Positions 39,864 to 49,821 of a DNA stretch of 64,000 bases are shown in pieces. A program made the translations under genes and the position numbers. Each line of letters starts with the position of its first letter. Within the stretch, counting starts at the first letter, position 1. The notes below the pieces were generated by a model, which worked only from the letters and a program-made list of their open reading frames with translations, was not told where the DNA came from and made no database searches. The stretch is from Alphaproteobacteria bacterium (GTDB lineage Bacteria > Pseudomonadota > Alphaproteobacteria > MPNO01): the NCBI GenBank assembly GCA_965248835.1, contig CBDFLJ010000001.1, positions 160,001 to 224,000 on the forward strand, read 5' to 3'.

Positions 39864-41387
39864 ATGGGCAGGATCGAGAACGAGCCGGCGCTTCCAGAGT
39901 GCCTCGGTAGCAAGTCTTTGGTGTTCGCTCCGACGGCGGGGATGAGACTCGCACCGGAAGTGCTTGTGTTCGAGTTATTCCGCGAACTGGGCTACGGAGA
40001 CTCGCGAAACGCCGTCGAAACGAAAGCCCAAGAATTCTCGGACGTAGTCGATACTCCGTCCTTGTCCAAGGCAGAGCGACTTCTACTCGCGACCTGTCGG
40101 GGACGGCAGAAGAAGACGAGGGCGCGGAGAAGCGAGTTCTTCTACGCCCCACCGTACCTTGGGCTCTCTCGCCATGCCTGGCTCCGAAAGCGGACTGATA
40201 GGACCATGCGCGACTACTTCCTCGGTGGTCCTTTGGCCCACCAGGAAGCGCTTGGGAATTTCGACAAGGACCTCGTAGTTCGGGCGCTCGTGGGTCATCG
40301 CAGCGCACGTGTCGTGAAGGAGTCGCCGGGTAAGGAGATCCTGTCGTTGCTGGCTCTCGAGGAGCGTGCTGATCCGCTTCCAGACGCTGTCCTTGACTAC
40401 CTCACGAATGCGGTTTCTGACGCTCGTAGCGCGCCGCTGGCCTTCGGTCGGCACACCGATCTCTTGGCATCCATCCTGACCGAGGACTTTCTCGAACTCT
40501 GCTGCTTGGAAGCGAGGATCGCACGCCGTGAGTGGCTCTTTTTGCTAATCGCGTTCCTTAGGGTTGCAACAACTGTGTGGATGCTCGCCCACCTGCGTAT
40601 CACGATAATGGTGCGGGACTGGGTGCTCTCCGCTGCTCTGAAGCAAGCAGCACCAGCGGTAGACGAGATGCTCAGTGCGATCTGCAAGCGCCACGAAGGA
40701 GTGCTTCACCCGTCATCGTCGCCGACTCGCGAGGTGTTCGAGCACGTTGAGACGTACATGCGCGCCCGCGTGGAGCTCCGACTCCTGGTGCGGAAAATCA
40801 AGATGATGAACGCCGAATGCTTCACAGCCGCGACTGGAGAGGTCAAGACGCTGTCTCTTGATCGGCGGGGCGCGGGCTTCATTACGCTTGGCGATCTGCT
40901 AGTTCTCGCCCAGAACTCCGATTGGTCGACGGTCGTGGACGGGCAAACGCTGCGTCAGTGGCTCACTCGGGAGGCCGAGAAATACCCAGCATGGCGTTCG
41001 CCGCGAACGCGAGGTCAGGGCAAGAACATCGACGAGTTCATCCGGGTCCTCTATCGATCCGCAGACGACGATTCGGGCAGTGGCCTGCTCATCAGGTGTC
41101 CAGAAACGACTACGAAGATCGTTCCCGGCCATCGCCTGCTCCAGCTGTTTACGTTCCTCGCCGCGCGAGCCAAGTGCCGGTCACGGGGAAAGGAAGGAGG
41201 CAAGCTGGTACTGCGGGACATCGAGCAGCACCTCTATGACTACGGGATTGACTTCCGCTCCAGTTCCTTTGGACGTCCCCTGCTCATAGAGAAGCTGATG
41301 GAAGGAGGGTTTCTCGTGGGGAGCCCTGATGCCGGGGAGAGCGCGGAGGTGCTCGACACGGTTGGAGCGGCGAGGTCAGCCGCATGA
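39864..41387 (+). CDS. DptG/DndG-like protein
   Basis: 507 aa; C-terminal wHTH-like HLYDYGIDF...L...G.LVGSPDAGE resembles the DptG SDSGDA end; lies between the F-like and H-like genes. Confidence 0.6.
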   Translation: MGRIENEPALPECLGSKSLVFAPTAGMRLAPEVLVFELFRELGYGDSRNAVETKAQEFSDVVDTPSLSKAERLLLATCRGRQKKTRARRSEFFYAPPYLGLSRHAWLRKRTDRTMRDYFLGGPLAHQEALGNFDKDLVVRALVGHRSARVVKESPGKEILSLLALEERADPLPDAVLDYLTNAVSDARSAPLAFGRHTDLLASILTEDFLELCCLEARIARREWLFLLIAFLRVATTVWMLAHLRITIMVRDWVLSAALKQAAPAVDEMLSAICKRHEGVLHPSSSPTREVFEHVETYMRARVELRLLVRKIKMMNAECFTAATGEVKTLSLDRRGAGFITLGDLLVLAQNSDWSTVVDGQTLRQWLTREAEKYPAWRSPRTRGQGKNIDEFIRVLYRSADDDSGSGLLIRCPETTTKIVPGHRLLQLFTFLAARAKCRSRGKEGGKLVLRDIEQHLYDYGIDFRSSSFGRPLLIEKLMEGGFLVGSPDAGESAEVLDTVGAARSAA

Positions 41388-44300
41388 GGATCCTGTCACG
41401 AGTACTGAGCGATCTCGCCGCGAAGCACGTCGCGGCGGTTCGGTCCGAGGAGCGCGATTGCAGATTGATCTTCCCTGGGCTCACGGAATCGCTTGCAGTT
41501 GAGCTGCACGAGGAGTTGCGGCGCCGAGTAGCCGCAGGTGCCGACGGAAGCGCCTCTGGCATCCCAGTCTACCTGGCACTTGATTACCCGGGATCGCGTT
41601 TCGGTCCTGACAAGTCGAAGGGCTGGCTGCACTACGAGGCCGTGACGAGTGTTCGGCAGGGCAGTTTCGTCACCGTCTGCATGCCGAAGGTCCTTCCGAA
41701 GCTCCATGACTCGATCCGTGGGACTGGGAGCCCTATTCGCGGATTGACGTTTGCCGACGAGTGGCCGTGGAAGGACGGCGGCGTGGAAGCCTTTCGCTTC
41801 AGCGGGCCGGTCCTTGAGGCCATCCTGGACATGTGGACGGCCGACACAGCGTCCCGCCGATGGATCAGGGAAATAATCCTTGAGGGGCTGCTCCCAGCTA
41901 CAGCCCCGCTACGAGACGCGATCCGTGTTTCCCTGCTGTTGGAGGGGATCCTGGGGTCCTTCGAACCCGCGCTCTATCCGGAGCTCGATGACGTAGTCGA
42001 CAAGTTCTGCTTCCACTGCGGCATTCCGCGAGTGGTGTCTCGCGAGACAGTCAACCCGAAGGACTACGTCGATTCGGTCGTGAGCACCGCCAAGGCGCTG
42101 GAAGAGCAGAGAACGACAAACCCCGAGTTCCGCGACTACCTTGTGAACGAGGTAGCGGTGAGCACATTCGCGGCGCTCGACCCTGGTTCGCTTCAGCAGC
42201 TCAGGAGTTCACTCGACCTGCTATTGGACGGAGCACTCGAACTTGGAGCAGACAGCGGCCTGCTCGCGTATCGCGGTGGGCTCGGAAATGAGTCGAGTTC
42301 CGCGAGCATCGAGGCGTGGTCCGCGTTGGACGTGGACCGGCTACGGAAGCTCTTCGGCGTGGGTGAGCCGGACACAGTGCAGTGCACCGCATCTTTGCCG
42401 GAAGGCAAAGGTGTGGTGTCGACCGACGGGAAGCAAGTGGCCATCTTCGAGGGAGCGCCGCTCGCACTGAATATCGCAGTAAAGATCGGGACTGATCGTT
42501 TCGAATCCGGAGATTTCCAGATTCTATGCAAGCGACGTCAGCGCCAGCTCTACGAGCAGGAGTGCGACGAGGCGGAGTTCCAGTCAACCTTCAACGTACC
42601 GCCGAACGAGTTGCCCGGAACTCGGAACCGACACAGCTTGGTGGTTCAGCTCGTTCGATTTCAACAGATCGTGAGAGAAGCCCGCGTAGACGTCCACGTT
42701 TGCGGAACCGCGAGACCTGCTCTGTGCGTATTTGAGCCCGACTTCAATATCGTCGATCTCTTGGAGTCCGAACCGGACTCCACCGATTCAGAGTCGGTCA
42801 TGCTGACCTGTCGAGAGCCCGTACGGGCGCACGTGCTCGACTGGCGAGCAACGGACCCGTGCCGCGTGACCGCGGATGATGAGATCCTACCGCTGAATGT
42901 TGCCGAACATCCTGCCAACGGGGAGCCTGGTCCAACCCGGTACAATCTCCGAGAGGCGATTGACGTGGAGAGCTTCTCCGGCGCGCGAATAGACCTGCGG
43001 ATCGAAGCTTCAGACCTTGAGCGGGATGTGACGCTCTTTGGTGAGGACATCGAGCCTGGTGAGTTCACCCTCGAGGACGAGCTCCGAGTTGCCACTGCTG
43101 CAGCCAGCGCATCACGTCTACGCCGGGTTCTGCCGTTCTTCCGAGGCGACGGAGATTTCGTACTCCCGAAGCTTGGCGAGCTTGACGCCGCCTCCCGACG
43201 CCGCGTGGATCTCGGTCGGGTTTTCGAGGAGCCGGACGGGTGGAAGCCTGTGCTGGTCGATTTCGTTGAGGCTGCGGGGTGCGAAATCGACGCACTGGTC
43301 TCTCGGCCATTCTGGAGAACGACTGGGACGAGCCTGTCCTTCCTTGAGGACATGGAGCCGACCGACTCCTTCGACGCGGCTCTCGCGCAGTATGCCCGGT
43401 GCCGAGACACCGTCATCCAGATAGCGAGGAGCTACGTCCAGGAGTACGCCACGCCGTCAGAGCGACCCCTCTACATCGTCGCGCCGATCTATGTGGCGCG
43501 CGACGACGTGTCTATCGAGACCGCGATCTCGCAGTACCTCGACGCATACTCGGCCGTCTTGAACCTGCTCCTGGACGGTAGCTTGTCGCCGGGTGAGGTC
43601 TTTACGTTCGTCCACTTGGATTCGGTCGTGCTTGAGCGTTCTCGCGCTGATGAAAACCAGCTCGACCTACGAATTTCGCTGCTTGGCCCATGGCATCCGC
43701 TCGTCGTCGCGAAGCGCTTCATGGTCCAGCACTGGATCTACGCTGCGGCAGAGGAGAGCGGCCGCCTGGCGAAGCAGCACAGGCGGCTCGCGTCCCTGTT
43801 CGAGGGGGTGGATGGGTTCAGGGTGGTGCCGGGATTCGATGCTGACAGCCTCGGTCTGGACGTGTCGTTCGCCTTTCCCACATCCGATCCCGGGTGGCAC
43901 TTGGCGGTCGCCAGCAGTGCGTTCTCGGCCTTGGCGGGCAGCAGCCTCGGCAGCCTGCGTGGGTTTGGGGGAAAGCTTCGGCGTTCGCAGGGCCTCAGAT
44001 CGTCGCTCTACCTTGCGGGCACCGACCTTTGGAGCGAGAGCTTCGTTCGCAGTTTCCAACGCTCGCATCCCTCAAGGCGGCAGCTCGGGCTTCGCGTTAG
44101 TCGAGGGCTTGACGCCAGACCGGTGGTCGACTCTTGTGCGCGGCTGCTCGGTGACCAGCGGGCGCGGTCCGGTCGCCTTGGGGCGCTGCTGCCCGGTGGA
44201 ATCCACCTCTTCCTAGAAGAACGCCTCGACGAGCGCCAGCGGCTGCCGTGGCAACAACCGGCGGTGTTCGTCTACGAGGCGCTGCAGGACGCCCACTGCT

Positions 44301-46885
44301 ACGAGAACTTTCACCCCGACATTCTCTTGCTCCCGCAACGCGAAGAGGTGCGTCCGGCGTGGCTTCCGGGCAGGACCGACGAAGGCCTCGCGGTGCCCAG
44401 GGGACGCGATCGAGGCGCGGTGTTCTCCATGCCGCTCGTTGACCTAAGCACTGATCGCCATGGCCTCCCGGTGTCACGCATCCAGGAAAGTGGCGAGGCT
44501 GGCGTTGCTGAGCGTCACGTGGCCGAAGGTGCTCGCGAAGGTGACTTGCCTCCCGTGGGCGAGGGCTACCGCAGGGCGCTGGCGTCGATTGACGAGCTGG
44601 CAAGTCAGGTCCGCCCGCAACGACCCGCGCTCGTCCAGGAACTCGGCCTTCCACCGTCGCTTCGATGTGATTGGACCGTGCTTCCCGGGGCGCATGTCGA
44701 TGCCGGCGCGCTGGCAACCTACATCGCTGGTCGCGGTGCGGCAGAGGGAGAGGAACGGGCGTTGTGGGACTACCGGCTTGATGTCGGTCGGTCCGTGAGA
44801 AGCTACTTCATAGTTTGCAAAGTCCCGAAGTCCGTTCTGTCTTCGCTGACTGCGAAATCGCTGGCTCTCGGGCCCGAGGACGCGTCTTCGGCACTTCGAG
44901 AACTCGCCGAGGTGGGGTTCGCGGTCGGCGAGACGATGCGGTCTGGTAAGGCGGCGGTGGGTGTGCTCGGGGTCGTAGGAGCGCTCCGCCTTGCGCGAGC
45001 AGCATGGGCCGCTGGCGAGGCCAACGGGCGACGCTGGTGTACTGTCCTCCTACCAGTTGATTGTATCACGGACCTCCTGGTGGCTCCGCCCGACGTGGAA
45101 ACCCCGAGCAAGCGCACGGACTTACTCGCCATCAATCTTGCATGGAGGATCGAGGGGCCGCCAACATTGACGATTTCGCCATGTGCGGTCGAGTGCAAGT
45201 ACGTCTCGGAGACGTATGCCGCCAGCACAGTCCAAGACGCCCTTGGGCAAGCCGAGGCGACCTACCAGGTCGTGTGGCAGCTCCTCTCGCTGGCGCAATC
45301 GGAAGCCGGTATGCACGCGCGACTTGCGCTCTGCCACATACTGCGGTTCGGCCTCCGGCTCCTCGCCGCGCGGGGAGACGCGACGATGGCCGACGAGCAA
45401 GCCATCCTTGACGCGACACTCTCGGGATCGTTCGACCTCTCGCCACCTGTCGCCCCCAGCCTTCTGGTGACCACGAGTTGCGGCACGACCGGTGATGGCG
45501 CCGTCGATGTGCGTGCGGGTGGCTGGTGGGTGGGGCTAACGGCTGATTGCTGGCCCAGGGAGATCCCGTCACTCTCGAACCCGCTAGTTCGGCAGCTGTC
45601 AAAAGTGTTCCCCGCGATCGAGCCGCACACAGGCGACGGTAGCACTAGGAAGGGCGGGGAGGCGACGAGAACGAGTTCGCCAAACAGTGCCGCGGGTACC
45701 CGTGGTCTTCGTGAATCGGCAGGGCAGGAAGACGGTGCACCGTCGGCCGCTGAACTCCATGGCGAAGACGATGCAGAACGGTCTTCCCGCGCCGAAGCAC
45801 CCGAGACGCCGTCCAAGTCGGACGAACGGGAAGTGGAGGCAGGGGCCGCGGCGGCCTCCGACAACCTCATCCACCCGGTCTTCAAAGGTTTCGTAGGTAA
45901 CAGGGCTGCGGCCGAAGCACTGAGTATCCAGCTCCGGTACGTGGAACAAACGGGAACCACGGCGATCAGATCCGTCGGCTTGTTCGGTCCCAAGAGTACC
46001 GGGAAGACTGAACTCTCCCGACGATTGGCGGGCGCATTGGGGGTGCCCTATCTCCCGCTTAGCGAGACGGGCCTGCGCGATATCGACCAGCTTGCTGACC
46101 GAATGCAGGAGCGTGCCCGCGAAGCCGGGAAACCAATGACTGTGGTCGATCACCAAGGCGGGCAGGCGGTCCTCCGCTCGCCACCGATTCTCGTATTCAT
46201 TGACGAGGTGCACCAACTCAGCGCAAGGGTTCAGGATACGCTCCTGCCTGTCTTGGAAGCCGATGACCGGATGTTACGCGGCTCCCGAGTGATCATCGAC
46301 GCGCGAGATGTCAGCTTCGTCATTGCGACAACCGATTGGGGCAAGCTCCGCGAGGCGTTTCGCAGCCGAGTGCGCGCCGTCATGCTCGAGCCGTACAACA
46401 CTGATGAGGTTGTCCGGATGTTGCGGTATCGCATCGAGTCTGCCTCTCGAGATCACGACGCGGGCGCCGACGTCGACCCATCAGTTGGGCAGCTCAGCGA
46501 AGATGCGCTAGTCGCGATTTCCACTGCCGCGAGGGCGGTGCCCCGGGTGGCGCTAGACCTCCTTCGCGAGATCGGCATGGCACTTCGGATCCGCATCTGC
46601 GGACCAAGTGTGGACGCAGTCTGGGGGCACCTCCAGAAGATGGTGCCGTGCGACCGGCAAGGGCTGACGAGCCGCGACCGCAAATACCTGCGCATCGTGG
46701 CGAACCGCGGCCCGATCGGGCTGGACAACATCGCCACGGAACTGGGCACAGACCGGTCTAATGTGGAGGGAGCAATCGAGCCGTTTCTCGCCCAAATGGG
46801 CTGGGTTCAGTGGGGTTCAACCGGGCGGACGCTGACCACCAGCGGGAGACGACTCGTGGCGCAGCTCCCGCACCCAGACGGGTGA
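41384..46885 (+). CDS. 1833-aa DptH-like protein with PD-(D/E)xK nuclease and C-terminal RuvB-type AAA+ domain
   Basis: GPWHPL; RTDLLAI...AVECK; low-complexity linker; GPKSTGKT, FIDEVHQL, ATT, FRSR, VPRVA and GLT..DR.YL...GPIGL...IEPFL. Confidence 0.8.
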   Translation: MRILSRVLSDLAAKHVAAVRSEERDCRLIFPGLTESLAVELHEELRRRVAAGADGSASGIPVYLALDYPGSRFGPDKSKGWLHYEAVTSVRQGSFVTVCMPKVLPKLHDSIRGTGSPIRGLTFADEWPWKDGGVEAFRFSGPVLEAILDMWTADTASRRWIREIILEGLLPATAPLRDAIRVSLLLEGILGSFEPALYPELDDVVDKFCFHCGIPRVVSRETVNPKDYVDSVVSTAKALEEQRTTNPEFRDYLVNEVAVSTFAALDPGSLQQLRSSLDLLLDGALELGADSGLLAYRGGLGNESSSASIEAWSALDVDRLRKLFGVGEPDTVQCTASLPEGKGVVSTDGKQVAIFEGAPLALNIAVKIGTDRFESGDFQILCKRRQRQLYEQECDEAEFQSTFNVPPNELPGTRNRHSLVVQLVRFQQIVREARVDVHVCGTARPALCVFEPDFNIVDLLESEPDSTDSESVMLTCREPVRAHVLDWRATDPCRVTADDEILPLNVAEHPANGEPGPTRYNLREAIDVESFSGARIDLRIEASDLERDVTLFGEDIEPGEFTLEDELRVATAAASASRLRRVLPFFRGDGDFVLPKLGELDAASRRRVDLGRVFEEPDGWKPVLVDFVEAAGCEIDALVSRPFWRTTGTSLSFLEDMEPTDSFDAALAQYARCRDTVIQIARSYVQEYATPSERPLYIVAPIYVARDDVSIETAISQYLDAYSAVLNLLLDGSLSPGEVFTFVHLDSVVLERSRADENQLDLRISLLGPWHPLVVAKRFMVQHWIYAAAEESGRLAKQHRRLASLFEGVDGFRVVPGFDADSLGLDVSFAFPTSDPGWHLAVASSAFSALAGSSLGSLRGFGGKLRRSQGLRSSLYLAGTDLWSESFVRSFQRSHPSRRQLGLRVSRGLDARPVVDSCARLLGDQRARSGRLGALLPGGIHLFLEERLDERQRLPWQQPAVFVYEALQDAHCYENFHPDILLLPQREEVRPAWLPGRTDEGLAVPRGRDRGAVFSMPLVDLSTDRHGLPVSRIQESGEAGVAERHVAEGAREGDLPPVGEGYRRALASIDELASQVRPQRPALVQELGLPPSLRCDWTVLPGAHVDAGALATYIAGRGAAEGEERALWDYRLDVGRSVRSYFIVCKVPKSVLSSLTAKSLALGPEDASSALRELAEVGFAVGETMRSGKAAVGVLGVVGALRLARAAWAAGEANGRRWCTVLLPVDCITDLLVAPPDVETPSKRTDLLAINLAWRIEGPPTLTISPCAVECKYVSETYAASTVQDALGQAEATYQVVWQLLSLAQSEAGMHARLALCHILRFGLRLLAARGDATMADEQAILDATLSGSFDLSPPVAPSLLVTTSCGTTGDGAVDVRAGGWWVGLTADCWPREIPSLSNPLVRQLSKVFPAIEPHTGDGSTRKGGEATRTSSPNSAAGTRGLRESAGQEDGAPSAAELHGEDDAERSSRAEAPETPSKSDEREVEAGAAAASDNLIHPVFKGFVGNRAAAEALSIQLRYVEQTGTTAIRSVGLFGPKSTGKTELSRRLAGALGVPYLPLSETGLRDIDQLADRMQERAREAGKPMTVVDHQGGQAVLRSPPILVFIDEVHQLSARVQDTLLPVLEADDRMLRGSRVIIDARDVSFVIATTDWGKLREAFRSRVRAVMLEPYNTDEVVRMLRYRIESASRDHDAGADVDPSVGQLSEDALVAISTAARAVPRVALDLLREIGMALRIRICGPSVDAVWGHLQKMVPCDRQGLTSRDRKYLRIVANRGPIGLDNIATELGTDRSNVEGAIEPFLAQMGWVQWGSTGRTLTTSGRRLVAQLPHPDG

Positions 46886-47592
46886 TGGGCGCCGGAGCGG
46901 TCGGCGTGGGATTTTCGAAATCGCGGCGACGGGAGTATCGGGATCGGGAGATCGTCAGGCGTTTGCTGTCGTGGTTTGACGACTACGGCCGTCAACTTCC
47001 GTGGCGGCACAGCACCATGGAGCCGTGGCAGGTGCTCGTGGTCGAGATACTGCTGCAGCAGACGCGCGCGGAGAGGATTGGCGCCTTTGTGCCAGCGTTC
47101 CTGGACGACTTCCCGTCGTTGCGTGCGCTGGCCGAAACCGACGAGCCAACGTTAGCTGAAAGGCTGGCGACACTAGGGCTGCAAAATCGGCGTGCGGGCC
47201 GGCTCGTTGCCCTAGCCGGTGTGCTACTGGCAAGGGACGGTCAGATCCCCAACTCCAAGCCGGAACTCGAATCGCTCCCAGGAGTCGGGCCCTACGTCGC
47301 TGCCGCGTACATGTCCACCGTCCTCGAACAGCCAGAGCCGATGGTTGACGTGAACATGGCACGGCTGATTGAGCGGCTCTACGGACCAAGGACGCTGGCA
47401 GATATCCGGTACGATCCGCACATTAACGGCATCGCCCACCGGTTGATCCACCTTGCAGCCCGACCCAAGGAGTTCAACTGGGCAGTGCTGGACCTCGGCG
47501 CCGCGCATTGCACGGCGCGGTCTCCATCGTGTGTCGGCTGCCCTCTACTAGAGGTTTGCCCTTTCGGTCGACCACGCGTCACGAGTGCTTGA
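46885..47592 (+). CDS. short HhH-GPD [4Fe-4S] DNA glycosylase (MutY/Mig-like)
   Basis: TGATG coupling; RQLPWR, EILLQQT, LPGVGPY, VDVN and C-x6-C-x2-C-x5-C; no MutY C-terminal domain. Confidence 0.88.
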   Translation: MGAGAVGVGFSKSRRREYRDREIVRRLLSWFDDYGRQLPWRHSTMEPWQVLVVEILLQQTRAERIGAFVPAFLDDFPSLRALAETDEPTLAERLATLGLQNRRAGRLVALAGVLLARDGQIPNSKPELESLPGVGPYVAAAYMSTVLEQPEPMVDVNMARLIERLYGPRTLADIRYDPHINGIAHRLIHLAARPKEFNWAVLDLGAAHCTARSPSCVGCPLLEVCPFGRPRVTSA

Positions 47593-49242
47593 GCCTGGTC
47601 TGGTGCGTCGAGCAGACGTAATGGCGGCTCGGAAAGCAGTGTCGATTTCGTCGAGTTGTGACCGTGCTGTACCCTTCACATTGGGCGTCGTGTAGAACCC
47701 ACCGTCAGGCTCGAAACGGCAAGCTGGGTCCTCCTCGACGAGGAGCAGGAACTGCCTAATCCGTGCTGCCACCGCGTGGGCAAACCGTGGGGGAACCGCG
47801 TTCGCGACTTGCGTATATTGCGGGACGTAGACTCCCGCACGCCTCCGCTCCGCCCCCGTCGTTCGGACGCCCTTGAACTCGAACCAGTCGGGGAAGGTCT
47901 GGAGACGAGCAACCTCTCGAACCGTGGGAATCCTATCCTCAGCGTGGTGGACGATATCGTCGGGAAGTGACGTGACCGTGAGCATCGGCCACTCGTCCGC
48001 GAGAAGCACGCGTTGCGATGCTTTCTTGGTGACGAGCTCGGGAAACTGCTCGCTGAACTGGCGGCGAAGCCACCCGCTGCTACACCGATGCTTTCGTGCT
48101 TCTGGCGAGCTCGTTGCAGCCGTACGAAGAAGCTGGAGTTTCCGAGCCACGTCGGGGCGATGCGAAGACGCCTCGTGGTTGAAGTACTCTTCCAATGTAG
48201 CCTCGCCTGCCGAGTCCATGATCCCGCCGTCGAGGTATTGCGACTGCAGAGCCCTCACTTCGCGGAGGAACCCGCTCGGACCATGCCTCCCATTTCGACG
48301 GTACGGCTGGCTCCAGCTCTTTCCGGTCCCGTAGGGCGGCGGTGTGCCCGCCAGATCGCTGAGGATCTCCTTGGCGGCAAGAGAAGACCCTGCCGGTACC
48401 GCCGCTCCCAGGAGCCGACCGTCGGTTGGTCGGCTGTGTGGACAGGCGACCGGGAATAGCAGCCGTGGCAAACTCTCGCATGCGCTGGGATGAACGAGGT
48501 CTCGACGGACTGCTACGAGCAACAGGCGTCGTCGGGTCTGCGGGACGCCGAGAGGTTCGCCGTGGACGATCTCAGCGTACACGTAGTACCCGGGGCGGTT
48601 CTTGCCCCGGCGAGAGAGTCCCAGGCCGATCTTGCGGATCAGGTCAGCGTGACGCTCCAACATGCCCAGGACGTTCTCCAAGATGGCAATGCGCGGTTGG
48701 ACGACACCGATGACTCGAATAGCTTCGTGGACGAGTAAGTTCCGCTCGTCGTCTGGGCACGCTTTGCCGGCGGACGAGAAGCCCTGGCACGGTGGGCCCG
48801 CCACGAGCAAGTCGATGCCGGCGGGGCGGCGCTTAAGCCACGTCCGCAGCCACCGGTCTGGCAGCACCTCGCGGATGTCGCCACCACGCATGTGACGCTC
48901 GAAGTCCTGAGGGAGCGCTTCCCGGTCCTTGAGCATTTGCTGTCGAGCCTCGGCCCGGTACGCCTTGCGCGCGCGCGTGGATGGGTCATCAGGTCGTTCT
49001 GGAAACACGCCTTCCAGCGTGTCGCTAAGGATGTTGTGCCGATACGTCCACTCCGCGTCGACTGAATACTCGTTGGCGAGCACGACGTCGAAGCCTGCTC
49101 GGCGTAGCCCCAGCGAGAACCCGCCCGCTCCCGCGAAGAGGTCAATGGCTGTCGGTACTCGGTGAAGGACAGCGGCGTCGCGTCCCGTGCGTCCACGCCC
49201 ACCGGTGCTGCTCTTCGCAGTGATCCTCTCTCGTCCTCCCAC
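47548..49242 (-). CDS. C5 DNA cytosine methyltransferase
   Basis: DLFAGAGG, GPPCQGFS, ENV, QTRRR, TVREVARLQTFPD and NAVPP. Confidence 0.95.
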   Translation of the reverse strand: MGGRERITAKSSTGGRGRTGRDAAVLHRVPTAIDLFAGAGGFSLGLRRAGFDVVLANEYSVDAEWTYRHNILSDTLEGVFPERPDDPSTRARKAYRAEARQQMLKDREALPQDFERHMRGGDIREVLPDRWLRTWLKRRPAGIDLLVAGPPCQGFSSAGKACPDDERNLLVHEAIRVIGVVQPRIAILENVLGMLERHADLIRKIGLGLSRRGKNRPGYYVYAEIVHGEPLGVPQTRRRLLLVAVRRDLVHPSACESLPRLLFPVACPHSRPTDGRLLGAAVPAGSSLAAKEILSDLAGTPPPYGTGKSWSQPYRRNGRHGPSGFLREVRALQSQYLDGGIMDSAGEATLEEYFNHEASSHRPDVARKLQLLRTAATSSPEARKHRCSSGWLRRQFSEQFPELVTKKASQRVLLADEWPMLTVTSLPDDIVHHAEDRIPTVREVARLQTFPDWFEFKGVRTTGAERRRAGVYVPQYTQVANAVPPRFAHAVAARIRQFLLLVEEDPACRFEPDGGFYTTPNVKGTARSQLDEIDTAFRAAITSARRTRPGSSTRDAWSTERANL

Positions 49243-49436
49243 TATTTCTTCTCTAATTTCCTGTTGTTCAGTGAGAAGGATCGCTGCAGCCGGTAACCCT
49301 CGTTGTCGAGGTGGTCCCTGATCAAGCGCGCCACCAGGGTGCTCTTCTTGAAGCCGCGTTCATCGCAGTACGCCTTGAACCGAACGTGCTCCTCCTGGTC
49401 CAGGAGCACCGTGATTTGGTACCTCTTCTCAGCCAC
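49242..49436 (-). CDS. small RHH/CopG-like regulator coupled to the MTase
   Basis: ITVLLD.EE..RFKAYC...GFKKSTLVARLIRDHL; its stop overlaps the MTase start. Confidence 0.7.
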   Translation of the reverse strand: MAEKRYQITVLLDQEEHVRFKAYCDERGFKKSTLVARLIRDHLDNEGYRLQRSFSLNNRKLEKK

Positions 49437-49821
49437 GCGGCACCTCGCCTGCTGTTTGTGAGCTGCTTCGTCTGCTACCGCGAAAGTGTATAGAAGTCAA
49501 TAGAAATGAATGTGAATGCATATTGGTGCTCACTTTACAGCATTTCTAGCTAGGCGTCCCGGATGTGCCCGGGGCCGCACCGGGAAGAAGGTTCGGGAAA
49601 CATATTGAGCCGGGAGGTCGTTGCCGCGCATGCAACGAAGCCCTTCGATGATTAAGATGGGGCACGCACCTCGCGCGCATCGAACGCGCGCATCGTGAGT
49701 CCGCCTTGGCCGTCATTGAAGACGATGATCTGGACTTCGAACACCCGACAGCGGCCGCGGAGCGGGCGCGGCAGTTCCATGTCGTCAAGGAATTTTTGAC
49801 CGCCACCGCGCTCGGCACGTC

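Noticed and set aside
45870-46885. housekeeping ruvB
   Set aside because: In frame within an 1833-aa ORF, divergent Walker A region, and no ruvA or ruvC nearby.
36840-46885. complete Dnd phosphorothioate system
   Set aside because: No cysteine desulfurase, PAPS-reductase-like DndC, SMC-like DndD or DndE in the window.
46885-47592. canonical mutY
   Set aside because: Too short, lacks the C-terminal Nudix-like domain, and sits in an island context.
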